In this document: in pieces, positions 13,422 through 26,594 of the stretch
Layout of the letters: the number at the start of each line of letters is the position of its first letter
Position numbering within the stretch: the stretch's first letter is position 1
Source: Saccostrea echinata
Lineage: Eukaryota
Direction: 5' to 3'
NCBI RefSeq assembly: GCF_033153115.1
Contig: NW_026889801.1
Location: 1,364,001-1,428,000 of the forward strand
DNA length: 64,000 bases
The notes under the pieces: model-generated
What the model was told of the DNA's origin: nothing
Seen by the model: only the letters and a program-made list of their open reading frames with translations
Database searches by the model: none
Made by a program: the position numbers and the translations under genes

Positions 13422-13497
<76 letters not shown>
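13422..13497. repeat. (AT)n microsatellite
   Basis: Uninterrupted AT dinucleotide run. Confidence 0.97.
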
Positions 13498-13499
<2 letters not shown>

Positions 13500-13529
13500 A
13501 TGCAAGATAGAGGAAAAGTATTGTTATAG

Positions 13530-13837
13530 CAGGACCGTAGATTTTCGAAAGTGTGTGTGGGGGGGGGGGGGCAGTCAGGTTTTTTTTCTTGAAAAAATTA
13601 TGACAAGGCAAAAAAGGGAAGAATTTAAAAATCCTCTTTCGGTATGGGGGGGGGGGGGGTTCCAACTTCAGTTCTAAGTTTTATCATAGCATTACCAAAT
13701 TACCATGATTTAAGTATGCTACAACAAAAAGTATGGGGAACCAGCCTTTCAATAATAATTTTCAATAGTAAAAGGCAATGTTTGAAAAAAAAGGGGGGCT
13801 GGATCCCCTTGCCTTAACCCCCGATACTACGTGCCTG
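13530..13837. mobile_element. Poly-G MITE (CAGG termini, 5-bp TSD)
   Basis: caggaccgtag ... ctacgtgcctg; flanks tatag / tgtag; several G-runs. Confidence 0.78.
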
Positions 13838-16800
13838 TGTAGGGATTGTGGATGATAGCTGGTTGGTCATGGAAAAAAGGATTACCGCTTGGCAAGGATT
13901 CGATGTTGAGCAAATCAACTCAATTTGAATTCAACGTTACATTTTCAACGTTGAAAAGTCAACGTTGAATCAATATTGTATCTGGGTTTATTAACGTCTT
14001 AACATAACTTCAACTAATATTCAAAGTTTAAACAAGGTTATTTGCCTGCTGGGCTCATCGTGTCGCTGGCTGTCAAGTCAAAATCAGTCATTAATTGACA
14101 CACATGTTTAGTGTCACCTATGTCAGCTCCAATTTAAAAATCCACGCCAGCTCCAGGTATTCACCGTCATCCAGGTAGGTCCTAGGTTTTACGGCTGATT
14201 GGCGTGTATACGCAATCAACACTTCGAGAGATCAAAAGTTAAAAAAAAACAATGAGATTTATTTAACTGGACCCGGTCTTGGTTCGAGAGAATTTCGAGA
14301 GATTACAAGTTCGAGAGATTGGGAGTAAATTTGCTTAGTTATATAGAGAAAAAGCGGGACCGGGGTTTTTATTTGAGAGATTAAGAACCTCGAGTGATCG
14401 GAGTTCGAGCCGTCGAGAGTCACCTGTAATTATTGCACGTTGCTTTGAATACGAGATTCAAGGTCACTTGTTCTGACTGTGTTTAAAGATGGTCCTTGAT
14501 TTATTGTAGATCTTTTTAATTAGAGTTTGTCTTCACTTGATTGATTTCTTAAGGTCTGTCCTACTGTCCTGCACTTTATAGTTTTTTTTGTTTTTTTTTT
14601 TATTTCAATCGGTTTATTTTCAATTGTTTTAACCATCTTTCTTAATAGCATTTGCTATTTGCTATACATAGTATAACGAGAAAACATTAATAAGTAAAGG
14701 TGAAACGTACTCACAGACTCCATTGAAAATGTGTATTTTAGAGAAAATAAGAAGTAGATAAAGAGAGAAAGACAGTATTATTCAGAATGATAGCTTGATA
14801 AAATCGATAATTTATTACATGAACAATATGCTTCAGTATATTTCAAAATTATGTACACATGGAAGATAATTCTGTCTGCTGGACCGAATGTCACTACTGG
14901 ATCCTGCATCTTACTTTGTATAGTACCTATATGATGTTATCACAATATATGTATAGTTCTTTAAACATTGGGTCTTTTTTCCGAATCCAAGGCCATGCTA
15001 CTCTACTCTTGATCTGTTAATCAACTCTATACAGTGCACAGTGTTATCACTGCGCTTTACTGGTTCTGTACTTGTTCTTGGTACTGTATATGGTAAAACT
15101 ATTACCACTAGACGGTCTGCTGGATCCTGAGTCATTTTACTGGGTGCTCCCAATTGATTTCTATTTTCTCTTGAATCTTTTTTAATGTACATGATATAAG
15201 CTTTGTATGCTAATTTTTTTTTAAATGTAGAACAGAAAATAAAGATTTCCTTTTGCCCTTACAATTCTTTGCCTCAGGGTTACTTATAGTATTTGTGTGA
15301 AGAAATTTCACAAAGGTTTATTGTTTACGAGAAAAAGTTTTAAACATGTCTTCAGAGAGAGAGAGAGAAAAAAGCAAAGAATTTTAAATGAAATAAAATA
15401 TCGGATATCAAAAATGCATATTAAGAGGAATTATCAATTATTATTTAAGTACTTTAGCCTTTTTTACAAAAAAAAATCTTACTACTAAGATTAAAATTTG
15501 ACATCTCTGTAATTTCTTTGTTTAATGAAAAATATTACTTAGAAGAATAATTCACAATATACTGTAATGTAATAGAAATATTTTTTTTATTGTACTACAA
15601 TTGAGGTACATATATATATAAGAATTGGAAAATTTCAATCTTAGTCGTAAGATGTTTTGTGAAAAGGCCACTGTTTATCTGCTTTGCATTAAAAATGATA
15701 TTATTGTTTTTTCCTTAAATGTAAAAGGTAAAGGTAACGAACTGTGATCAACCTTATTAATCCAGTTAACAAAACCAATCATTAACATTTCAAAAACTCA
15801 GACGTCTTTTTCCGATTAGCTAATAGATAACAGGCAATAGATTTGTACCAGTTAACAGGTCCTAAAAGAACAACTACGTTTATTTTATTCTAATATTTTA
15901 TTTGTTATAACTTATAAGACAAATTTTACTCTTCATGCTACCACTATGAATTTTCTTCTGCATTTGCAAAAATAACAATAATAATAAAAACTAAAATCTA
16001 GTAAATCAATTACTACAGTAAATATTTCTTATGTACCAAAGATATACAAGAATATTCATAATATTCATACGATGAATGTTTTACAATCAGTTAATTCCAC
16101 TGTATCTATTGATGACAGCATGAGTTTTGCTTGGTAATAAAGGCTAACGATCTGGATATCTAAGCATATGCAATTAAGTGTTAAATATTAAAAAAAAAAA
16201 AAACAATATTGAACCCTATGTGGTAGCTTCATGCATCCAGTTAAAGATTGTGTGGTAGCCAGAATTGTAAAAAAAGGATTGTTGCTTATAAATCAGTAGA
16301 ATTTTTGGGGGAATTTACATACAAGGGTATACCCAAGGAGACTGACTATCATAAATATATTTTTTTCATATAATTGCAATAGCAACGCGTTTGAAACACA
16401 GGTTTTGAACATTTTGATACATAGACATGTTTCTGAATTCAAAAATTGCTTTTCAAATATTCAGAAACATATGATGTCCTGTTAAATGACAACCTACAAA
16501 CTGTTAAACGTTCACACAATTAATCTTGAAAACTGAAATGACCTATGTAGTTAGTAACTTCTATACAAAGGTAACACAGGAACTGTTTTTCTCTTTTGCT
16601 GCAAATCTAATGACTTTAGAATGGTTGAAGAAAAAACACGTGAAATAAATTTCATGAGAAAATAACATAAGTTGGCTGTATAGCGACTCTAGAGCAGAAG
16701 CTTTAACCACTGCACCACGCGGGCGACTCAATACTAAGTAATAACATTTGAACGTAAATACAATTACTATAATTAAGACTCCTTACCCCCATTTCAAAAT

Positions 16801-18958
16801 AAATCTTTTTTACCTGAATCGTACTTCAACATTACTATACATGAAATGTACATACCATAACGACATACTTTGAAAAAATCGAAGGATGTACATGTTGAAG
16901 TCTAAACTTGATTTTGCAAAGTAGTCAAGAACATCGATTTATGAATCCTGTATTCGATATACTGATGTTCAAGTCATTGACTCGCAGTTGTATTTAGTAC
17001 TTGTGAACATTTTAACTTGTGCTGATGATAAGCTTGCAAAATGTTTACAGCACCAAAAAGTTTACTGTGGTGTTGAAAGCATAATCACAATTAAACCCAA
17101 ATTTTAAGAGTATTTTAAGGAACCTGAATTCATCTAATTGTCTCTTATAAAGCCTACCATATATAACGAGCGAATATGCTAGATATGTGAAGAAAGTTCT
17201 TTCTTTGCTATACCTTTTTTTCCTGCATCTGTACTTTGATTTCTTTGCATTTTTATCAATGATAACAACTCTCTTCGAAAACTTATGCCAGATTCAGATC
17301 AATATATTCGGCAGTCAAGGGTAAGCTGATATGTTTTGTTTGCACTGTTTTATTTTATATTAAATAACTTTCACACCAATACTTAAGAAAGAGTCTAGAT
17401 TTTCAGTTGGTTAATCTCTGGGCATAATTTCAAAAACGTTGTTTAAAATCTCAGTCTCATTAAAATAATGAAAAAAAAAACTATAATGTGAATTTCAAAG
17501 TCACATGGATTTGTACGTTTATAGGCCTTCAAACGTAAAATACACAAAATTTTCAAAATATCTGCTTTTTTACTTGAAATTCTATCAACCAGAAAATGTT
17601 TCAAAGAAACCTACAAATGTAGTATGCAAATATTTAAAAGTTGGGTAGGCAGTTAAGCAATTGAAATCGAATTCAAGAAAACTCAATACCTTTGTATGAT
17701 ATGATGTACTTTTTCACTGACTGAGTACTCCACATGCTTTAAACTTAAGGGTGACCGATTCTATGAGAGATAACTTTCTGAGTAAAAAAATCTTGATATT
17801 ACTCACAGTTCATCTTTCAAGAGGTTAATGAGTGATAAATTCAATCAAATTCAATATATTAAGGAAATTGACTCTCTTTTTGCCTAGGTATATTTTTAAT
17901 TAAATAAAAACATTCACATCCAGCTTTAAAACCTTTGCAAATAAAATAAATTCTACCTTCTTTTAAAAATGATTTAATGTTTCATATACCATATGCAGAA
18001 TTATTATTAGTTTTACATTTTTTACCATTTACAAATATTTTTAAGAAAGATAACTCTTGCTAATGGATGTATACTTTCCTTACAAGCACATATAACATAG
18101 TGTTGTTTTGACTTAGGCAGCAGCGCTTTATTATGTTTCTCTAATATGAATTTAATAGGTATGACACTAAATATTATTTTCATATACACCTCATAATTTT
18201 AATTTTATCTATTTCTCTGTGTAAAAAAATTTTTCATATCATGGTCTGATGTAAAAATCATTTTAAAAAAATAAACACCACTTCATACCTCATACTATTT
18301 TTCATTTGAATTAAATGCTAAAGTTCTTGATGAAAATCAAATTTGGAAAGCTTTAAATAATATAAAATTTAGAGCAGAGGTCATTAGTCCTAAGCACATT
18401 CATTACAGCATTAACGTTATACTTAATCATTGTTCCCACTTATAATACAGGAGTTTATTGCTCCATTACTGCTCTATTTCAAGGGCTTGAAAATGTAGAC
18501 ATTAAATCATTAAAGAAAGCCGTCAGGAGACGTGATGGGAAAATTAAAATGAAAGCACTTGATTGAATGTTGATCTTCTACATTTGCGGTACAAGTAAAG
18601 GAGTTTTTCTTCAAGTGTAAACAACATAACGAGCGAAAATAATTCTTACAAATATTTTAAGATAAATAGCTCTCTTGGAGATTGTTGGTATATCCTGAAA
18701 ATAATTGTTCTGCAATTCAAAAAGACGCTTCTGAAATACGTTTCGATGGTATATAACGAGATAAGATTGTGTTTGGAAAAGGGTCTCATTACGTTAATGG
18801 AGACAAAATGAAGGTGTGCACTATTATGTAAAAACTATTGACTTCATACATACCACAACAATCTCACATAGATAATTATCACATTCAATCTTCTGCAACT
18901 TAATTAAAGGAACTCGTAATCTTACAGTCAAACGCCATTTCATGCCACAGTATTCAGG

Positions 18959-19628
18959 ATGAAGCACGTTCTTAGTTTTGGGTTTTGTTTCCTGAATTTT
19001 CTTCGTGTCCACAGTCTTTCTATACTCACAGGCAACGGTGGTCAAAATATTAATCAATTTGGCACAAATGACATCGATTTAAAAAGTGTGGACGGATTGA
19101 GGCAACTTATAAACCAAGAAACGATAATAAGAATAGCATTGGTGAAAAACGTATACACACTGATGGAGGACATAGTCGATCTCAAACAAAATATGAAGGC
19201 ACTGGAAACGTCACAAGAAAAAACTGAATTAGAGATGAACAAACTAAAACTTGAAAACGAGAGACTTCAGCTTGAAAAAAGAGAGTTTGAAGTGACCTTC
19301 AACAAACTCGAAGAAAACTTTACTGAAACGAGTGAACACATACTTGGGTTTACAAAACAATTTGAAGTTGATAGAGAAACTTTTGAGAAAAACATCAGTG
19401 CAAGACTTGAAAGCTTGAAAGATGCTCTTTTTGGTTTAAATAAACATACTCTAGAAATGGAAAGGATGTTCCCGGTATTGATAGAAGAGAATTCTGAAAT
19501 TTTGTCAACTAAATTGAATACTTCACTGGAAATTATGAACAATGATTTACGTTATTCTAACGCAAATCTATCAAAGTCATTGTTAAACATTGAAAATTCT
19601 CAGAATGCGGCTATATCTTCAATGTTCG
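18959..19628 (+). CDS. C1qDC copy 3, exon 1 (signal peptide + coiled coil)
   Basis: MKHVLSFGFCFLNFLRVHS|LSIL leader; 670 bp open; ends ATG TTC G|gtaagc (phase 1). Confidence 0.9.
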
Positions 19629-20855
19629 GTAAGCCTCACTTTACTGACACTTTTGAAATATAGATGCAGATTGCTTCAAAAGTTCAAACTTCACTTATTT
19701 TTTTTTTTTTTTTTTACAAAAATGCAGATATTTAAGGCTCAGAAAAATGTAATCGATAGTTGGAACATTTTATTCTCAGTGAGTGTTTCTCTTGGGTTTT
19801 CGTATTTATTCATTTATAAACACCTTTATATGCGATATTCTTGCACATACATCCAAAAAATGAAAAAAGGGCATTCATTATTTAATCTAATATGTTTATT
19901 TTTAAATTGAAAATGAGTTTCTGAAATGTTTCTTGGTTTATTTTTTAAAGCTTAATTTTTTACTATGTATTTATTTACAATTTTGATACTGAAGCTATTT
20001 ATTACACATCATTTAATTGTACAAATATGCATTTGCTAAACAAATGTACGATACAGAAGAAACACTACTTTGTTTTTATTTCAATTTTTCAGATGCAGTT
20101 AGTTGTTTTGTGAATTTTGAGAGGGAATATCCCCATTTTTTATGCTGGTGTCAATTTCATTCAAATCACACATAACAAACATACACACGCGCGAGCAATG
20201 TACGACCAATTACTCAAATATCTGCGACATAATTGTATTAGGCATATGAAATACACAGACAAAGGTGTTTGGGGGTATTATCAAGCATACAATGAAGGAA
20301 TTATTTATAAAGGGTTCTTTTCATGCAGCATACAGTGTATATTCTCGCACTGCATGTATTTACAGCGATAATAAATCTGACTTTTCCGCCACATATCATC
20401 GCCCTTCAACACATTATGTCACCGTCGACAATTTATATCATTGCTGTTTTATAAAATTAAATGGATCGATTTCTATATATGCCATGAGATTCTGCATATA
20501 TTTCCACATTATTCTGAACCATTATGAATGCCAGTGACGTTATGTACGAGTGAAGGTATATGTCCTTGGAATCTTGTAACGTCGCTTGCGATCGTATAAT
20601 TTAGAAAGGCAAACTACAGCTGTATTTCCTTAAAGTTTATAGAGACCATATGGCACTCAAAGAACCCACACCTACTTATACTATATTTCTCAAGCAGAAA
20701 ACAGCATTATTCGATACAGTTTATATACACCTTAACGTTTTGATCTTTGTAATAATGTCTCTTACCTATAGCAAGTTTGCTTCTCCTACTACATGTATAC
20801 TGAAAAGAAAAAAGAAAGGCAGGGTAAACTTTTTATCTAATGATACCATTTTTAA

Positions 20856-22612
20856 AGGTGCTTGGACACAGATATGACATTAATATTTTCACAAATTTTC
20901 TGTATAATTTCATGACTTGTATTTTGCTGTAGCATTTCATACTAAAATATAATAAAAATCTTAGTTCATCTCGAAGTTATCAAAACTTCGAATTTCTGGA
21001 CGCGTTGGATTGACACATCCTTGCGCTTTCACATATTTTAATTTTAATCTTAATACTTAAGAAAAGTGGCAATTTTGTTGTGTATTAATGAAAAATATTA
21101 AAATTATAACCCAGAAAATTCAGAGTAGAAATGTTCGAAAGCAAAACCCACTCACAGTATTGTTAAGTCCGTGCTCAGTGGTGTGTGCAGAGTTTAACAA
21201 TTGAACACACCCGGTGAGTCGTAAACATTAACAATAACAGAGCTCGTGCCCTGTTTGAAAAACAGTTTACGATTCACGGGTGTGTTCAATTTGTTAAACT
21301 CTGTACACATCAAAGAGCACGGACTGACAATACTGGTGAGCTGGTCTTGCTTTCGAACATTTCTACTCTGAATTGTCTTGATAATAGATGTTATTAATAC
21401 ATAACAAAATGGCTTCTTTTCTTAAATATTAAGGATAAAGTTAAAATTTGTGTAAGTGCAAAGATGTGTTAATCAAAAGCGTCCCGGAATTCGTTGTTCC
21501 AATAATTTCCAGATGAAATAGGTTTTTAATTATACTTTTGTGTGAAATGCTATTGCAATATATAAGTCGTGATATCATACAGAAAAGGATGACTGCACTT
21601 AAGGACATGCGAAAATTGCGAAAAAATAAACTTTCGAAACAAGCATTTTTATTTTAATTGCACAAATGGTAAACATCTAATCTACAACTTCATGTAATTA
21701 TATTAAATAAAAGTACGTATTTACGAAGTACGAAGATGTTTTCTAAGGCAAGGGTCATCACAATTCCTTGAATCTCCGTACGATAATGAGGACGCCCACC
21801 TTTTCACTGACTTTATACATAGTCAGCGCATGTTTGTCTATTGTTCTCCGTTTAACAGTAGTTGTATATTTGCATTAACAACGTTGTGTCAAAGGGAGAT
21901 TAATAGACAAACATGCGCTCATGGTTTAAACGAGAAAAAACTGCTTCTTCTTACATTCGCTCTCTCTATTGTAACCAAGGGCTGTGACATGTTGAATATT
22001 ATAATTCACCACGTGATTTCTTACCTCAGGTAACTCTGTGAATATTAAATTTCGTCACGTAACTTGTAAAGTAGCATGTTTTGTGCTAACTAGGACAAAG
22101 TGCTCGAACACGTTAAATTGTTTGGCATTGATTTAAATGATTCTTTACTCACATGGACGTCGCTCATTTTGTTAATTTCGTTTTTGAAACCTCTGAAAAT
22201 AGTGTACTTGTGCCATGCAGAATTAAGAGGGAATGGGAAAGAATGATCTCGTATTTTTCTAATACATGTCATTGTTATTTATCTAGTCTAATTTTAGAGC
22301 CATTCCTACAATGTTAGCTCCACCTCTCATGTATACCTAATGTTTAATCAAGGGCAGGTAAGTGTATTAAATTCTCTACACTTGGAAAGAGTAAGGACAG
22401 AAAACATAGAATCATTTTATTGTATAACAGTCTAAGATCATTGTAATATTTAAATTCGGCTCGAAATTGACAGGATTCTTTAATAAATATAAAAAATGAA
22501 ATAAGATTTTGATATGAAAGCAACAGAAGCGACCGAAAAAGACCCAAAACCCGGAGTTAAGTACAGTCATCCTTTGAGAAAATATTAAGTTCAAATCTGT
22601 GTCTAAGCACTT
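20856..22612. mobile_element. TTAA-flanked non-autonomous DNA transposon (Kolobok-like) with ~55-bp TIRs
   Basis: ttaa|aggtgcttggacacagatatgacattaatattttcacaaa[insert]ggatgactgcacttaa versus ttaagtacagtcatcctttgagaaaatattaagttcaaatctgtgtctaagcactt|ttaa. Confidence 0.8.
20896..21586. mobile_element. Foldback element (~320-bp imperfect inverted arms) nested in the left TIR of the Kolobok-like element
   Basis: Arms ~20896-21226 and ~21265-21586 (e.g. aattcagagtagaaatgttcgaaagcaa / ttgctttcgaacatttctactctgaatt). Confidence 0.8.
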
Positions 22613-22639
22613 TTAATGTTTTTTTCCGGTAATGTTATA

Positions 22640-23450
22640 TCTATTAGGTATATCTTTAATCAACAAATTTAGAAAATCACATTTGGTTTTTGACGAACAA
22701 TTCAAAAGAAATTGAAACACATTTAACAGTACCCCCCACAGAAGTGAAATCGAAAATGTAGTCATTATTCTTTTGATTCTTTAAGATATTGTTCTTTTAC
22801 GCATCGGTCAGATTCTTAATACTCCTGTGCAAGGAGGTCTTCGGTTCATTTATCTTTCTCATTGGGATATTATTCAATCTTTCCAATAAGGTAGCCCTTA
22901 GAGGGGCTGGGATATTCATATGCCTTCTTACTCTATAGTCCAGTCAGTCCCACAAATTTTCAATTGGAGACAAAGGTGGATTGTACGCATACAGTTGAGT
23001 AGGTTAATGTGACTTTTTGCTAGAAAATCTTGAAATACCCTGGCTACATTTGGTGGGGGTTAACATGCAGAAAAAATAGGCAGGCAGCGCTCACGTGCAC
23101 GTTTGAGACGAACACTTCCGTAATTTTGACAAACTCGCGGACCAAACTCGCACAATCGGTTTCTTCCAGTTTTGGAGTGGAAGTTAAGTTGCTTACTGTC
23201 TTAAAAGCGGTTTTGGTGGTAGTGTCGTCGCGAGTACGCAGGTATTAGGATGGACAGTCCCGTCTTGACAAGGTATCGTTAGACACTGACGTTCCTGTCA
23301 TGGTTGAACGAAATCCCTTCCACTCTATCGCTGGGAACAGATATGACGTCTTATAATGGTAGAAAATCCACAACAAACAACCTATTGTTCCCTTTGTTCG
23401 TTCTCAGGCAATACAATTGACAGACAACCTTGAACTTCCGTCAGCTATAC
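22640..23450 (-). mobile_element. Possible decayed 5' part (ORF1-like) of a non-LTR retrotransposon
   Basis: GC-richer stretch with broken minus-strand frames (..LRATLLERLNNIPMRKINEPK..DFTSVGGTVKCVSISFELF..); no diagnostic motif. Confidence 0.3.
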
Positions 23451-23788
23451 CATTCTTGCAAGAAATTCAAATTAAGTTTAAATAACAAAAAACGATGTGT
23501 ATACTTCTAGAGTATCAACTTATAACATTAAAACATGTTGACAAACCTGCTTTCAATCTGCTATTGGTTTCTTACCAGTTTCCCTAAGTGACGTCATAAT
23601 TTTATGGTTGAGTAATTTTGAACACCAATTTGAGTGAAAAGTAACCAAATACCTCCCATGCAAATTTTAATAATGTTTGGTCCAGTATTAAAATGATTAT
23701 CGAATATCATGTTAACCTGCGTTTCTTTTTCCTTTCAGTATAAATACAGACCTGAGAGTAAATGATTTTCTTTATTATGATTACATAT

Positions 23789-24182
23789 TTTTAGTCCCCT
23801 ACCGGTGAAACCGGAGGGGACTAGAGGTTTCCTCTGAGTCTGTCCGTCCGTCTGTCTGTCTGTCTGTCCGACTAGCTGTCCCTCTGCCTGTCTGTCAGTC
23901 TGTTCTACTTGGTTTTCCGCACTTTTTTTCTAAACGTTTGCAGATATTGAGCTGATTTTTAGTATGTGATTGAATCTTGATGACTTACAGATCAAGTTTG
24001 CATTTCGTTCCGCATCAATGATTTTTGACGGAATTACGACCTTTTCAAATTTTCAGGGTTTTCCGCAATTTTTTCCTAAACGCTTGTAGATATTGATCTG
24101 ATTTTTGGTATGTAACATTACTTTGACGAGTTATAGATCAAGTTTGCATTTCGTTCCGCTTCATTGATTTTTGATGGAATTA

Positions 24183-24240
<58 letters not shown>

Positions 24241-24260
24241 GGAAACCCATTAGTGCCAAC
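23789..24260 (+). mobile_element. Helentron-associated (HINE/DINE-1-like) element, 3'-degenerate, with a (CT)n tract
   Basis: tttttagtcccctaccggtgaaaccggaggggact terminal stem, (GTCT/GTCC)n microsatellite, internal ~130-bp repeats; homologous to 30121-30545. Confidence 0.75.
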
Positions 24261-24857
24261 CTGTATATATAAAGGAAAAACATTTATTATTAAAAAGGAA
24301 ATCGGAATGGGAGAGAGGAGAGAGTACACATTTTTTCCCACTTCATTTGAATGCGACGGAGGATCGGAAGACGACAGTTATAACTGTAATAATATTAGGG
24401 TCTTTGGAATGAAAAAATATCATGTATTAGGGAATTAATGAAAGGAAACGAGTTAGTGCATACTTACATAATTATAGTGCGGATTATTGTTCCACGTTGT
24501 AAATATTACTAAACTTGTAAATAGAATAATGGCTTTATTATTTAGTGACAAGATGACGGAAAGAACACCCGTCAAAATCTCGTTATGTTATCGATTTTAA
24601 ATTCTCCATTCATCATGTGCAAAACAAAGTAAAAAGTTAACGAACTCATAAAACATGATATAAAACACATGCATTTTTGCAAAAAAATTATATTTCAATT
24701 GAAAAGACCCCCAATTTTTAGTGCTATGGAATATATTGAACAAAAAAGTCTCTTTGATTTAATTCTGCCCCACACGTTTGAAATGTAAGAGGAACAACAG
24801 TTTATTACCTTTAGTTTTAATTATCATTTTAAGATATAATATGGGTCATATAATATA

Positions 24858-24913
24858 GGTCAGTTTACGCTTTATAATCCGCGAAGCGGATTATAAAATA
24901 GCGTAAACTGACC
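24858..24913. repeat. Hairpin capped by GCGAAGC (probable end of a third hairpin element)
   Basis: ggtcagtttacgc-tttataatccgc GAA gcggattataaa(ata)gcgtaaactgacc; loop at 24883-24885. Confidence 0.8.
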
Positions 24914-25333
24914 CAGACCAAGTTATACTCTTGTAATTCGGCCAAGAATTAGAGTCATTCCTTATAATTTGATTTTTAAATCATTAAATAACTATGGAAG
25001 CAAAATTCCGTTGCTTTTTATTAGTTCAAATTTGCCGCTCAATAATACAACCGTAGTAACGGAAGTAACGGAAGTGTTGGGAAGCGAGGGGAGGTAGAAA
25101 CTGATACATAGGCCTAGCAGCCTTGTTGTTTGTTTACATGTGGTAAGATCGAATTATTGTTTGAAGTTAAAGGTACATTTATTAAATCTGGAATTTTCCA
25201 TGAATCCCGAGGACTGGCATGGATACAGATGATTCAGCTGGTTGTCGGGGGGGGGGGGGGGGATGTCCCCATACCAAACCAGGTTATACAGAAATAATTT
25301 GTGTTCCTTTTTGGATATTAACAAATCAGGGGC

Positions 25334-25476
25334 NNNNNNNNNNNNNNNNNNNNNNNNNNNNNNNNNNNNNNNNNNNNNNNNNNNNNNNNNNNNNNNNNNN
25401 NNNNNNNNNNNNNNNNNNNNNNNNNNNNNNNNNNNNNNNNNNNNNNNNNNNNNNNNNNNNNNNNNNNNNNNNNNNN
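25334..25476. other. Assembly gap (N run)
   Basis: Run of N. Confidence 1.
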
Positions 25477-25892
25477 TTCATTTTATTGATTAGCTGCAGA
25501 AATATCGAAAAGTAAAGCTTAATTAAATATTGTACAGGACGTAGGTAAACAAGAAATGATTGTTATAAATACACTACATGATTTACGAATACGTGAAAAA
25601 CAACTTTGACGTTACAGGAAACTTGGAAAGCTTAATAAGATATAAATGCACAGAATCTGCTACGGATCACTTATAAACTCTTCCTGTGTTCCTTATTTCA
25701 CAGAAAACTTCAGCATTCACTGACTTTAACCTGTTTATATAATAAAACTTGAAATAATGTTTTCCATCTAAATTAACAGAAACTATCTTTTAGTCAATGC
25801 AGTCTTGTGACCATGTGTATTTATCCTCCTTAAGTAATATGACTATAACGTATGTCTATTTTTTTGTATTTATTTATGCAATATTCCTTCAG

Positions 25893-26012
25893 ATGATATC
25901 AACAAAACTATGGGGGACATAAGGACTAAGGTCAAACAATCTCAGTACGACCAACTGAAGTTGTCCACTACTGTTTCGTATCTGGAAGCGTTCCAAATGA
26001 ATATTACCAGAA
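25893..26012 (+). CDS. C1qDC copy 3, exon 2 (neck)
   Basis: ttcag|AT GAT ATC AAC AAA ACT..; (D)DINKTMGDIRTKVKQSQYDQLKLSTTVSYLEAFQMNITR; best donor A|gtaaat gives 120 bp, phase 1-1. Donor position inferred. Confidence 0.8.
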
Positions 26013-26190
26013 GTAAATGTCTTAAACAATTTTCTAAGGGGAATTCCTATGAAGTTCAGAATGAACTGAAGTAAAGTAAAATAGATTTCCATTTTTTCTA
26101 AATTTCTAAATTCAAAAATAGATTATTGTCAATCCTACTATTTTGTATGTTTGTACTGTTCTTCAGATCTACACTATTTTTATTTTGTAG

Positions 26191-26594
26191 ACTTGTCTCA
26201 GAGAGTAGCTTTTACTGTTGGAGTGTCGTCTACTAGCACCTCATGGAACAGTGGGACTTTAGTGTACGATAAAGTAATCAACAACGTGGGAGGAGGGTAT
26301 AACCCGAACACCGGAATCTTCACAGCACCAGTAGAAGGAAATTATGTGTTCTACGTCACTATCCAAAGTTACAAGAACAACGCAATATATGTAGACATTG
26401 TGCTAAACGGATCTAGCAAAGTTAGGTCAATAGCTTTTCCTAATTGGCCTCATGAACAATACGATACAGGTACAAACCTGGTAACGTTACAACTGCAGAA
26501 AGGGGACGCGGTATGGGTAAGATTTAACTATGGTATCGGTTATTGGACTACAAGTGACACTCCTGCAACCACGTTTTCTGGATTCCTTATGTAA
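26191..26594 (+). CDS. C1qDC copy 3, exon 3 (globular C1q domain)
   Basis: ttttgtag| acceptor; LSQRVAFTVG..GIFTAPVEGNYVF..LQKGDAVWV..TTFSGFLM*. Spliced CDS 670+120+404 nt = 397 aa. Confidence 0.92.

Noticed and set aside
13390-13677. ORFs with IYIYIY, ERERER, SLSLSL or poly-Gly/Pro runs (also 3089-3538, 35202-35444, 44360-44719, 61019-61375)
   Set aside because: Produced by microsatellites and poly-G MITEs.
14860-17330. Coding-like minus-strand patches between copies 2 and 3 (similar patches at 27240-28140)
   Set aside because: Short, stop-ridden, no recognisable motif or consistent exon structure.
25219-25515. ORFs spanning N runs (also 41291-41844)
   Set aside because: Open only because of assembly gaps.
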